Source: an uncultured Candidatus Rokubacteria bacterium
GTDB lineage: Bacteria > Methylomirabilota > Methylomirabilia > Rokubacteriales > DASRDR01
Length of the DNA: 64,000 bases
Assembly (NCBI GenBank): GCA_963805625.1
Contig: CAWDVE010000021.1
Span: 128,001 to 192,000, forward strand
Direction: 5' to 3'
The notes beneath the pieces were generated by a model. It saw only the letters and a program-made list of their open reading frames with translations. It was not told the origin of the DNA and ran no database searches. How positions within the stretch are numbered: position 1 is the first letter of the stretch; each line of letters opens with the position of its first letter. This document shows, piece by piece, positions 44,343 to 53,247 of the stretch. A program made the position numbers and the translations under genes.

Positions 44343-45173
44343 TTAGTGATGGGCGGGTGCCGTGGCCTCCTGGCCGCCGTGTCCCGCGTAATCGCCGTGG
44401 CCCCCCGGAGCCCCGTGCCCGGACTCCGAGCCGTGCTCGGCCTCGAGGGCGCCCGCGATGTAGAGCATCGAGAGCATGCAGAAGATGAACGCCTGCAGGA
44501 ACGCCACCAGGAGCTTCAACGGGAACAGGAAGCCGACGGTGAACAGGATCGTCGCGACCGTCCCCACGCCGCCGATCACGAGACCGATCACGCCCGACGC
44601 GCTCGAGAGCGCCCATGTCGAGAGCCCCACGGTCATGAAGAAAACGATCGAGAGCAGGATGTGCCCCCCGAGCATGTTACCGAAGAGCCGGAGCGTGAGC
44701 GAGAGCGGCCGCGCGAGATGGCTGATCAGTTCGATCGGGACCATGAGCGGCGCCAGCGCCGGCATGGGGCCGGCGAAGTGCTTGAGGTAGGCTCCCAGCC
44801 CGTGCGCCCGGATCCCGATCCAGTGATACGAGAAGAACACCACGAGGGCACACGCCAGGTTGGTATTGACGTTGTCGGTGGGCGCCGTGAAGCCGGGAAC
44901 GAGCCCCAGGAGGTTCGAGGCAAAGATGAAGAGACCGAGCGTCGCGATCAGCGGGAGGAACCGCCGCCCCGCCGGCCCGATCACGTCGTCGATCAGCGCG
45001 AGCACGAACTCGAGGACCGCCTCCGCCGCATTCTGGACGCCCCGCGGCACGAGCGCCGGCCGCCGCGGCACGAGGTACGCGACGCCGATGAGGATCGCCA
45101 TCACCAGCCACGCGAAGACCACGTGATGCGGGAGACCGAACGTGTTGAAGACGGGGGGCTCGAGCGCGTGCAC
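44343..45173 (-). CDS. atpB: ATP synthase Fo subunit a
   Basis: [32 protein letters not shown]. Confidence 0.95.
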   Translation of the reverse strand: MHALEPPVFNTFGLPHHVVFAWLVMAILIGVAYLVPRRPALVPRGVQNAAEAVLEFVLALIDDVIGPAGRRFLPLIATLGLFIFASNLLGLVPGFTAPTDNVNTNLACALVVFFSYHWIGIRAHGLGAYLKHFAGPMPALAPLMVPIELISHLARPLSLTLRLFGNMLGGHILLSIVFFMTVGLSTWALSSASGVIGLVIGGVGTVATILFTVGFLFPLKLLVAFLQAFIFCMLSMLYIAGALEAEHGSESGHGAPGGHGDYAGHGGQEATAPAHH

Positions 45174-45180
45174 CGGCGCC

Positions 45181-45546
45181 TCAGGCGACCCGCGCGGCCC
45201 GGAGGCCCGCCAGGATCACGGCCACCGGAACGAGGGTCAGCGACAGGAGGAGACCCGGGAGGCCGACCCCGGTCTGGGTGACGGCGAGGCCCGCGACGCA
45301 CCCGAGCGCCCCCAGACGGAGCCCGCTGGCCCCGATCCAGACGGGGCGCGAGGTCGCGCCCCCGGCCAGGGCGCGCTCCGCGGCCCAGGTGAGCCCCCCG
45401 AAGTTCAGCAGGGTCAAGGCACTGCCGAGCAGGGCGCCCATGGCGTCCGCGGGTCCGCGCAGGAGCGCGCACGCGCCGGCGAGCCCGAGCCCCAGCAGCC
45501 CGGCGACGAGCCAGACCCCACGGCCAAGATCAGTCGGAGCGGTCAC
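45181..45546 (-). CDS. ATP synthase subunit I-like membrane protein
   Basis: Four hydrophobic segments with G..L.LLNF motif, directly upstream of atpB; start uncertain. Confidence 0.7.
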   Translation of the reverse strand: MTAPTDLGRGVWLVAGLLGLGLAGACALLRGPADAMGALLGSALTLLNFGGLTWAAERALAGGATSRPVWIGASGLRLGALGCVAGLAVTQTGVGLPGLLLSLTLVPVAVILAGLRAARVA

Positions 45547-45793
45547 GTTCAGCCTGCCCCCCCTCGCGCCCGAAGATCCCCGCCGCGCGGAAGAGATTGA
45601 CGAAGCCCGACGCGATGCCGAGCAAGAGCCCCACCAGCATGAGCCACGGAGCACTCCCCAGCCACCGGTCCAGGACGTAGCCTCCCCAGAAACCCAGGAC
45701 GGTGGAGATCACCAGCGTGAGCCCCACCCCGCTGAGGGACCCGAGCTGCCGGATCCAACGTCGATCGGACTGACCCGGCTCGGCTGCGCTCAC
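45530..45793 (-). CDS. AtpZ/AtpI-family (gene 1) membrane protein
   Basis: GYVLDRWLGSAPW..LVGLLLGIASGF signature. Confidence 0.85.
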   Translation of the reverse strand: MSAAEPGQSDRRWIRQLGSLSGVGLTLVISTVLGFWGGYVLDRWLGSAPWLMLVGLLLGIASGFVNLFRAAGIFGREGGQAERDRSD

Positions 45794-45825
45794 ACCCGTG
45801 CTCCCCGAGGGGTGGTAGGGGACGC

Positions 45826-45860
45826 TTGTGAACACTAGCACAGCATGCCGCGCCCGACAA
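45826..45860 (-). promoter_or_regulatory. atp operon promoter with overlapping Rex-like operator
   Basis: TTGTCG-17 nt-TAGTGT; TTGTGAA-CACT-AGCACAG (45826-45843) covers the -10. Confidence 0.6.
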
Positions 45861-45959
45861 CCGGGGGAGCTCCGCGCACGGGGTGCGGGACCTCCCCGTT
45901 CGGCGGATGCACGACCTTGACGGCCCACGTAACGTGGCCCTCAGAGAAGGAGGCCTGCG

Positions 45960-46880
45960 ATGGCCGAGACGATCGACACCAGGGACACGCTGAACACGCT
46001 ATCTGACCAGCTGGCCGACGCGGCCGAGCACGGGGGCCGAGCGGTGGTCCAGGTCAACGGCCGCCCGCGGCGCCCGTCGAGCGGGGTCGTGTACGCGCCC
46101 ACACTCGTCCTCGTCGCCGAGCACGCCCTCGAGCGCGACGACAATCTGACGGTCGAGACGGAGACCGGGCCGTCCCTCGGCGCCCAGCTCGTCGGCCGGG
46201 ACCTCGCCAGCGACCTCGCGGTGCTCCGCGTCCTCGGTCTCGCCGCCGAGCCGGCGCGGGCGGCGTCGACACCCGCCCGGGTGGGGCAGTTCGTCCTCGC
46301 CGTCGGCCGGCCGGGCGGCCGGGAGCTCATGGCCAGCCTCGGCATCGTGAGCGCGGTCGGGGGGCCGGTCCGCACGCGCGGCGGGATGCTCGAGCAGTAC
46401 ATCCGGACCGACGCCACCCCGTACCCCGGGTTCTCGGGCGGCGCGCTGATCGACGCCCGCGGTGCCGTGCTGGGCATTCTGACGACCGGCCTGGCCGGAG
46501 GCGCGGCCCTCGCCGTGCCCGCCTCCCTCGCCTGGCGCCTCGCCGAGCCGCTCGCCCGACAGGGGTACGTCTCGCGTGGATGGCTCGGGATCGGCAGCCA
46601 GTCCGTTCGGATTCCCGCCGGCCAGCGCGGGGGCCGGGGGCACGAGACCGGGCTCCTCATCGTCGACATCGCGCCCGACAGCCCCGCGCTCCGCGGCGGG
46701 CTCCTGCTCGGCGACGTCCTGGTGACCCTGGGCGGCCAGGCCGTCGACGATGGCGAGGCCCTCCAGGCGCTCCTCGGCGGCGAGCGGGTCGGCCGGCCCG
46801 TGACCATTCAGGTCCTCCGCGGCGGCACGCTCGTCACGCTCGAGGTGACGGTCGGCCAGCGGCCCGGGCGGGGGCGATGA
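45960..46880 (+). CDS. S1C (HtrA-like) serine protease with C-terminal PDZ, no signal peptide
   Basis: AEHAL (His), SDLAVL (Asp), PGFSGG (Ser), RGWLGI PDZ loop, GD(V)LV; SD AAGGAGG. Confidence 0.85.
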   Translation: MAETIDTRDTLNTLSDQLADAAEHGGRAVVQVNGRPRRPSSGVVYAPTLVLVAEHALERDDNLTVETETGPSLGAQLVGRDLASDLAVLRVLGLAAEPARAASTPARVGQFVLAVGRPGGRELMASLGIVSAVGGPVRTRGGMLEQYIRTDATPYPGFSGGALIDARGAVLGILTTGLAGGAALAVPASLAWRLAEPLARQGYVSRGWLGIGSQSVRIPAGQRGGRGHETGLLIVDIAPDSPALRGGLLLGDVLVTLGGQAVDDGEALQALLGGERVGRPVTIQVLRGGTLVTLEVTVGQRPGRGR

Positions 46881-47482
46881 GCCCGGTCCTCGAGGCGATC
46901 CCCCGCACGCGTGCATGGGTGGGCCTTCCCGACGAGGTCCTCGAACGGATCAGGCCCAGCATCGTCCGCGTCCACGGCCGGGGACCGGCCGGCGCGGGTG
47001 GCGTCGTCTGGCGTCGGGATGCCGTCGTGACGAACCACCACGTCATCGCCGGCGCGCGGCAGGCGCTCCGCGTGGTGGACATCGACGGTCGCGCGCATGC
47101 CGCCCGGCTCCGGGAGACCAGCCGACGGCTGGATCTCGCCCTCCTCGAGGTGCCGGGCGCCGACCTCGTGCCGGCGCCGCTCGGCCGGTCCGCGCGCCTC
47201 CGTGTCGGCGAGCTCGTCTTCGCGATCGGCCACCCGTGGGGCCAGCCGTGGGTGGTGACGGCGGGCGTGGTCAGCGGGCTCGGCGCCCTCTCGGTTCCGG
47301 GGCGCGCGGAACCCGGCTCGTACATCCGCTCGGACGTGCACCTGGCCCCCGGCAACTCCGGGGGCCCGCTGCTCGACGCGCGCGGGAAGGTCGTCGGGCT
47401 CAACGCGATGGTGGTCGGCGGGGACCTCTCCATCGCGATCCCGAGCGACGTCGTGCGGCACTGGCTCGGCGAGGCCTCATGA
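46877..47482 (+). CDS. Trypsin-like S1C peptidase without PDZ, no signal peptide
   Basis: VTNHHV, DLALL, AIGHP, PGNSGGPL; ATGA overlap with the upstream gene. Confidence 0.87.
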   Translation: MSPVLEAIPRTRAWVGLPDEVLERIRPSIVRVHGRGPAGAGGVVWRRDAVVTNHHVIAGARQALRVVDIDGRAHAARLRETSRRLDLALLEVPGADLVPAPLGRSARLRVGELVFAIGHPWGQPWVVTAGVVSGLGALSVPGRAEPGSYIRSDVHLAPGNSGGPLLDARGKVVGLNAMVVGGDLSIAIPSDVVRHWLGEAS

Positions 47483-48093
47483 TCCGTGTCTTCGTGGCCG
47501 CCCCAACCGCCGCGCTCCGTCTCGCGCTGCGCGCGCGTCTTGACGGGCCCATGATGGCGGTCGTCGGGGACGGACCGACACCGGACGGCGCACCCGCCGA
47601 TGTGGACGTCGTGGTCATCGGTAACGCCGAGCGCCTTCTGGTGAGCAGCGACGCGCTCGCCGAGGTCGGGGCGCGCGCCGTTGTGGCACTCGCCGACGAT
47701 GAACGGCCGGCGCGTACCCTGCGCGGGCTAGGGCTCCGGGGCTGGGCCATCGTGCCCCGCGATGCCTCGGCGGCCGAGCTGCGTGCGGCGACGATGGCTG
47801 CCGCCGAGGGCTTCACCGTGCTCCCGGCAACCCTGTCCGCCCGTTTGCTGCCGGCGCGAGCCCCGGCACCGGAGGGGCCAACCGAGGAAACGCCCGAGCC
47901 TCTCACCCCACGCGAACGAGAGGTCCTGGAGCTCCTCGCTCACGGGCTCTCCAACCGCCAGATCGCCGAGCGGCTCGGCATCAGCGAGCACACCGCCAAG
48001 TTTCACGTGGCCGCGGTCTCTGGGAAGCTCGGCGCAACGAGCCGGACCGAGGCGGTGAGCCGCGGCGTCCGCCGCGGCCTCATCACGCTCTGA
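47479..48093 (+). CDS. NarL/LuxR-type regulator with degenerate receiver domain
   Basis: LTPREREVLELLAHGLSNRQIAERLGISEHTAKFHV HTH; ATGA overlap. Confidence 0.88.
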   Translation: MIRVFVAAPTAALRLALRARLDGPMMAVVGDGPTPDGAPADVDVVVIGNAERLLVSSDALAEVGARAVVALADDERPARTLRGLGLRGWAIVPRDASAAELRAATMAAAEGFTVLPATLSARLLPARAPAPEGPTEETPEPLTPREREVLELLAHGLSNRQIAERLGISEHTAKFHVAAVSGKLGATSRTEAVSRGVRRGLITL

Positions 48094-48123
48094 GCAGGAG
48101 GACTCCAACCGCGAGGCGCGCGC

Positions 48124-49839
48124 TTACCCGAACATGCCGCCCATGCGCGCGCCGGCGATCCGGTTGATCAGGACGACGCAGACGGCCGCCACCGCGATCA
48201 GGACCACACCGAGTGCCGCCGCCTCGCTCGTGCTCCCGGCGATGTAGAAGTTGAAGATCCCGACCGTGATCGTCTCCCACCCGCCGAGCGACAGGAACAG
48301 GACGGCCGAGGCCTCCTGGAGCGACGTCATGAACGAGAAGAGCCCGCCGACCAGGACACCCTTCCAGATCAGCGGCAGCGTCACGTCCCGGAACGACTGG
48401 AGGCGCGAGGCGCCGACGCTCCCCGCCGCCTCCTCGAGCGCGGGGTGGACCAGGAGCAGCGAGGCGTAGCTCCCGCGGACGGCGTAGGGAAGCCGGCGCA
48501 CGGCCAGGACGAGCGGCAGGATGATCCAGAGGCTCGTCAGGGGGACGCCGAGACCCGGAAGTTCCCCGTGGAACGCCCGCACGTACGCGATGCCGATCGC
48601 CGTCCCGGGGATCGCCAGGATCAGCGTGTTCAGCGCATCGAGCGCGCCCCGGCCCGGCAGGCGCGTCCGCGCCAAAATCCAGGCGATCGGAAGGCCCACG
48701 ACGACGCACAGAACGAGGGCGAGGGCCGCGTAGAGCAGGCTGTTCGCGACGTACTTTGGCGTCTCCACCAGCACCCGCTCGAAGAACTGGAGCGTGTAGT
48801 GCGTCGGGAACGGCGTCAGCGACCAGCCGCGGCCGAACGCGGCCAGCGCAATCCCGAGGTAGGGTAGGAAAGCCAGGAACATGACGCCCGACAGCGCCGC
48901 GACGACCAGCGCCTGAAGAAGGGGCGGGAGCCGGCGTCGCTCCACCTTCGTGTACGCGAGCGAGGAGTAGTCCTTGATCGCCACGTAGTGCCGCGCCAGG
49001 AGCAGGAAGACGACCGCCAGGAGCACCAGGAGGGCCGAGATGACGATCCCCATTCGGAAGAGGCGCCGGTCCACGAACTGCACGATGTTGAGATAGGCCT
49101 GGGAGGCCAGGAGGTCGTGGACTCCGACGACGAGGGGGGTCACGAAGTCCGCGAACGTCCAGATGAAGACCAGCAGCGCGCCCGCCACGTAGCCCGGCGT
49201 CGTGAGCGGCAGCGTCACCGTCCAGAGCTTCCGCCAGCCGCGCGCGCCCACGCTCTCCGCCGCCTCCTCGAGGGCGGGGTCGACCTTCCCCAGGGCATCC
49301 ACCACGTTCAACGTGATCATCGGGAAGAGATGGAGCGTCTCGACGAGGAGGACGCCGTGGAGCCCATACATGAAGTTCACGGGCTGGACGAGGTCGAGGT
49401 AGTCCATGAGAAGCACATTGACCGTTCCCGCCCGGCCCAGGATGAAGACGAACCCCAAGACCCCGACGAGCGGCGGCGAAATGATCGGGATCAGCGTCAG
49501 GTAGGAGAACACGCGCCGGCCCCAGAACTCGTAGCGGACGAGCAGGAACGCGACGCCGATTCCGAGGACCGAGGACGCAGCGACGACCCCGGCCCCGAGG
49601 AGGAGCGAGTTCCCGAGAGACCGCAGGTAGAAGCCGTCCGTGAGGAACGCGTGGAAGTGCCCGAGCGTGAACCGACCGGCGTCGTCGCTGACCGCGTCGT
49701 AGAAGATCCGGGTGAGCGGGTAGAGGAGGAAGACCCCGAGGAACCCCCAGAGCAGGACGACACCGAGGGCCGGGGCCACGCGCCACGCGGGGGCGCTGGC
49801 GGCGCGCGGGAGCGCGAGGGCGCGACCACTCGGGCTCAC
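48124..49839 (-). CDS. Fe3+/AfuB(FbpB)-type fused ABC permease
   Basis: Two EAA loops (DPALEEAAESVGA, HPALEEAAGSVGA) and about 12 TM segments; start 49839 or 49860. Confidence 0.88.
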   Translation of the reverse strand: MSPSGRALALPRAASAPAWRVAPALGVVLLWGFLGVFLLYPLTRIFYDAVSDDAGRFTLGHFHAFLTDGFYLRSLGNSLLLGAGVVAASSVLGIGVAFLLVRYEFWGRRVFSYLTLIPIISPPLVGVLGFVFILGRAGTVNVLLMDYLDLVQPVNFMYGLHGVLLVETLHLFPMITLNVVDALGKVDPALEEAAESVGARGWRKLWTVTLPLTTPGYVAGALLVFIWTFADFVTPLVVGVHDLLASQAYLNIVQFVDRRLFRMGIVISALLVLLAVVFLLLARHYVAIKDYSSLAYTKVERRRLPPLLQALVVAALSGVMFLAFLPYLGIALAAFGRGWSLTPFPTHYTLQFFERVLVETPKYVANSLLYAALALVLCVVVGLPIAWILARTRLPGRGALDALNTLILAIPGTAIGIAYVRAFHGELPGLGVPLTSLWIILPLVLAVRRLPYAVRGSYASLLLVHPALEEAAGSVGASRLQSFRDVTLPLIWKGVLVGGLFSFMTSLQEASAVLFLSLGGWETITVGIFNFYIAGSTSEAAALGVVLIAVAAVCVVLINRIAGARMGGMFG

Positions 49840-49843
49840 GGAT

Positions 49844-50980
49844 CTACCGCGGCTCCACACCGGGCCGGGCGCCGGCCGTTCTCACCGGCTCGTCGTCCGG
49901 CAGGGCGAGCGTGACCGACGGGGGAAAGGCCAGCGTGACAGGCGTCCCGCGCGCCAGCGGCTCGTGGTGCCACGCATCCGAGATATCCGCCTTCAGCGTG
50001 AGCCCGGCGGCCGTCTCCACGTCGTACCGGAGCGTGTTCCCAAGATAGGCGGCCAGGGCGATCCGCCCGGCACAGCGGTTCCCGTGGCTGGAGGTCGAAC
50101 CCGCCCCGGGCGCTTCCACCGTGACGTTCTCCGGCCGGATCGCGAGTACCAATGGACGGCCGACGCCGACCCATTCGCCCTCCTCCGGGCGCTGAGCCCG
50201 GAGCCGCCCGAGCCCGGTGTCGACCGTGAGCGTCTCACCCGCGACCTCGATCACGATGCCGGGCACCAGGTTGTTCGTCCCCACGAAGTCGGCGACGAAA
50301 CGCGTGCGGGGGCGCTCGTAGATGTCGCGCGGCGGCCCGATCTGGAGGACCCGGCCCTCGCGCATCACCGCCACGCGGTCGGACAGGGACAGCGCCTCCT
50401 CCTGGTCGTGCGTCACGTACACCGTCGTGATCCCGAGCTCCTGCTGGAGCGTGCGGATCTCGCTCCGCACCTGCACGCGGATCTTCGCGTCGAGGTTCGA
50501 GAGCGGCTCGTCGAGGAGGAGGATGTCCGGGTTCAGCACGAGCGCCCGCGCCAGGGCGACCCGCTGCTGCTGGCCGCCCGAGAGCTGGCCAGGGTACCGC
50601 GCGCCCAGACCCGAGAGGTTGACCTTGCGGAGCCCGTCCTCGACGCGGGCGCCGAGCTCCGTCCCCCGCACGCGGCGGAGCCGGAGGCCGTACGCGATGT
50701 TCTGGAACACGGTCATGTGCGGCCACAGCGCGTAGTTCTGGAAGACCATGCCGATGTTGCGAGCGTACGGCGGGAGGTGGGTGACCTCGCGCCCATCGAA
50801 CAGGATGCGGCCCGCATCGGGCGGGTGGAAGCCGGCGATGAGACGGAGCAGCGTGGTCTTGCCGCACCCGGAGGGGCCGAGGAGCGTGAACAGCTCGCCG
50901 TCCAGGATGTCGAGCGTGACGCGGTCGACGGCCAGGACGCTCCCGAACCGCTTGCTGAGCCCGTCGAGCGCGATCTTCAG
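49844..50980 (-). CDS. ABC ATPase (FbpC/PotA-like, TOBE domain), probable CTG start
   Basis: The frame upstream of the track start encodes LKIALDGLSKRFG...LLGPSGCGKTT; also LSGGQQQR and LLLDEP. Confidence 0.88.
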   Translation of the reverse strand: MKIALDGLSKRFGSVLAVDRVTLDILDGELFTLLGPSGCGKTTLLRLIAGFHPPDAGRILFDGREVTHLPPYARNIGMVFQNYALWPHMTVFQNIAYGLRLRRVRGTELGARVEDGLRKVNLSGLGARYPGQLSGGQQQRVALARALVLNPDILLLDEPLSNLDAKIRVQVRSEIRTLQQELGITTVYVTHDQEEALSLSDRVAVMREGRVLQIGPPRDIYERPRTRFVADFVGTNNLVPGIVIEVAGETLTVDTGLGRLRAQRPEEGEWVGVGRPLVLAIRPENVTVEAPGAGSTSSHGNRCAGRIALAAYLGNTLRYDVETAAGLTLKADISDAWHHEPLARGTPVTLAFPPSVTLALPDDEPVRTAGARPGVEPR

Positions 50981-51038
50981 GGGAGCCGCTCCCCTCCCGG
51001 GCCCGGCCTGCGACGCGCGAGGCCGGGCCCGGCGGGGC

Positions 51039-51920
51039 TCACGGCTTCTTCGGTGGCTCGGGCGCGGGCACCTTGTTCCGGACCGGCGGGAGCGACCGGA
51101 GGTAGGCGATGATCGCGCGGAGGTCGCCCTCCGCGATCCCCTGCGAGTAGTGCTGGGTCGGCATGGGGGGGAGCACCCGGCCGCCGCTGCGGCGCGCGCC
51201 GTAGATGGCGGCGATGATCTCGCCGTCCTTCCAGGCGCCGAGGCCGGTTTCCGCGTCGGGCGTCAGGTTCGCAGTGTAGCTCACGCCCCACGGTCCGGCG
51301 ATCGGGAGCCCACCGGCGCCCAGCCGGGTCGTGTCGGGCCGGCCTTCGGGGAGATAGGGTGTGTGGCAATCCATGCAATGCGCCACCGGGCCCGCCAGGT
51401 ACTCGCCGTACTTGATGGGATCCTGCCGCGACGGATCGGGCACCGAGCCCACCGGCGGTCCGTAGGACGTCGGTAGCGGGATCTTGTACTGGCTCCGTGG
51501 CACCATCTGGCGGACGGGCGTGACCGTGCGCAGGTACGCGACGATCGCCTTGACGTCGCTGTCGGCCAGCCGGCGATAGAGGTAGAACGGCATCGGAGGA
51601 CCGAGCGTCTTCCCGTCACGACCTCGGCCCTCGCGGATCGCCCGGATCACCTCGTCGTCCGTCCACCGCCCGATCCCGGTTTCGGGATCCGACGTGATGT
51701 TCGGGGTGATCCAGATCCCGAACTCCTCCGCGAGCTCGAAGCCCCCGGCGAGGTGCTTCCCGGGCAGGTCGCCCTCCGGGCCCTTGGGCGTGTGGCAGTT
51801 GCCGCAGGCACCCAGCACCTCGACCAGATAGCGCCCGCGCTCGACCGGGCTCTGGGCGGACGCAGGCAGGGCAGTCCCGGCGATGAGCCCTAGGCACAGC
51901 AGACCAATCAGTCCGCGCAC
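51039..51920 (-). CDS. Periplasmic di-heme cytochrome c
   Basis: Signal peptide (ASA-Q); CGNCH and CMDCH; duplicated N(I/L)T.D.ETG(I/L)G.W...PPMP domains. Confidence 0.9.
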   Translation of the reverse strand: MRGLIGLLCLGLIAGTALPASAQSPVERGRYLVEVLGACGNCHTPKGPEGDLPGKHLAGGFELAEEFGIWITPNITSDPETGIGRWTDDEVIRAIREGRGRDGKTLGPPMPFYLYRRLADSDVKAIVAYLRTVTPVRQMVPRSQYKIPLPTSYGPPVGSVPDPSRQDPIKYGEYLAGPVAHCMDCHTPYLPEGRPDTTRLGAGGLPIAGPWGVSYTANLTPDAETGLGAWKDGEIIAAIYGARRSGGRVLPPMPTQHYSQGIAEGDLRAIIAYLRSLPPVRNKVPAPEPPKKP

Positions 51921-52030
51921 GAAGTCCTGCTCCTTTCTCTGGCCCCGGCGCTGGTCCAGCGCTGGGGCTGTTCGTCAGCTGCGACGGCCCTCGACGACCA
52001 TGGCGGATACACCGGCCCGGGGCCGGCTCG

Positions 52031-53146
52031 TCACTTCTTGAGCTGGTCCCAAACGGCCTCGATCTCCTTGTGATACCGCTCGTTCACCTCCTGGTAGCGC
52101 TTCTGGGCGATGTCATCGTCGTAGACGTTCGACGTCTCCGCCTCGAAGTAGGACCGGACTCCGCCCGTGAACTCGACAGCCTTCTCGGCGACCGAACCCG
52201 GCGGGCCCTGGACCTTGTACTTGGGCGTGATGGGGAACAGTCCCCGCTCCATGAAGACGCGCTGGCCGCGCTCGGTGAGCAGGAACTCGATGAACGCCCG
52301 GGCCGCGCGCGGGTGCTTCGCCCCGGCGAGGACCGCCATCGGCTCGGGTGTCACGAAGGCGTTCTTCGGCGCGACGAACTTGATGTCGAAGCCCGCCAGC
52401 ACCTCCTCGAACGCCATGTAGGAGGGCACCGCGAAGCCGGCCGCGAACTCACCCTTGGCCACGACCGACGGCACGTCGCGGCTCCGGGCCGTGAAGATTC
52501 CGGAGTTGGCGGCGAGGCGTTTGAGCCACTGCCAACCGGGCTGATCGCCCCGGCTCTGGAGGATGATCTCGTATGTCGCGTGGCTCGAGGAGGAGCGGGT
52601 GGGCGCGCACTGGGCGACGTTACCTTTGAGCTTCGGATGGAGGAGATCCTCCCAATCCTTCGGCTCCGGCACGCCGAGCCGCCGGATGAGCCGCGGGTGG
52701 TAGACGAGCCCGTAGGGCTCGAGCGCCGTCCCGACCCAGTATCCGTCTGCGTCCTTGAGCGGGATGGGCTTGGGCTTGCCAAGCCCCGCCGGGATCGCCT
52801 CGACGATCTCCCGCGGCAGCTCATGCTTGACCAGGAGCTTCTGCTCCGCCAGCTTGTCGAAGAGGGCCGACTCGCCCCCCCAGAAGATGTCGGCCTCGGG
52901 CTTTCCCTTCCACTCGACGATCCGGCCGTAGGACACCGGGGTCCCGGCGAACTGAGCGTTCGTCCTGACCGTCACCCCCCACTTCTCCTTCGCGAAGTCC
53001 GCGAAGGCCTTGAGCGCGGCGTCCACCACGAACTTCGAGACCGGCGTCTGGAGGACGAGCTCGTCCTCGATCGGCGGCCCCTGGCCGCGCGCGGGGGCGG
53101 GAACGAGGAGCGCCAGAAGCACCAGCAGGACGGCGGTATAAGGCAC
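52031..53146 (-). CDS. ABC substrate-binding protein (AfuA/FbpA-like cluster)
   Basis: Signal peptide, PEADIFWGG, PKDWEDLL.P, AARAFIEFLL; SD AGGAGG before GTG. Confidence 0.85.
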   Translation of the reverse strand: MPYTAVLLVLLALLVPAPARGQGPPIEDELVLQTPVSKFVVDAALKAFADFAKEKWGVTVRTNAQFAGTPVSYGRIVEWKGKPEADIFWGGESALFDKLAEQKLLVKHELPREIVEAIPAGLGKPKPIPLKDADGYWVGTALEPYGLVYHPRLIRRLGVPEPKDWEDLLHPKLKGNVAQCAPTRSSSSHATYEIILQSRGDQPGWQWLKRLAANSGIFTARSRDVPSVVAKGEFAAGFAVPSYMAFEEVLAGFDIKFVAPKNAFVTPEPMAVLAGAKHPRAARAFIEFLLTERGQRVFMERGLFPITPKYKVQGPPGSVAEKAVEFTGGVRSYFEAETSNVYDDDIAQKRYQEVNERYHKEIEAVWDQLKK

Positions 53147-53247
53147 GGCTGACCTCCTAAGGATTGGTCGAACGTTTCCAGACGGTAGCACTCCGGGCGT
53201 CCGGACGGAATCCCCGCAACCGTCGGGCCGCCCGGCAGTCCGAGGGG

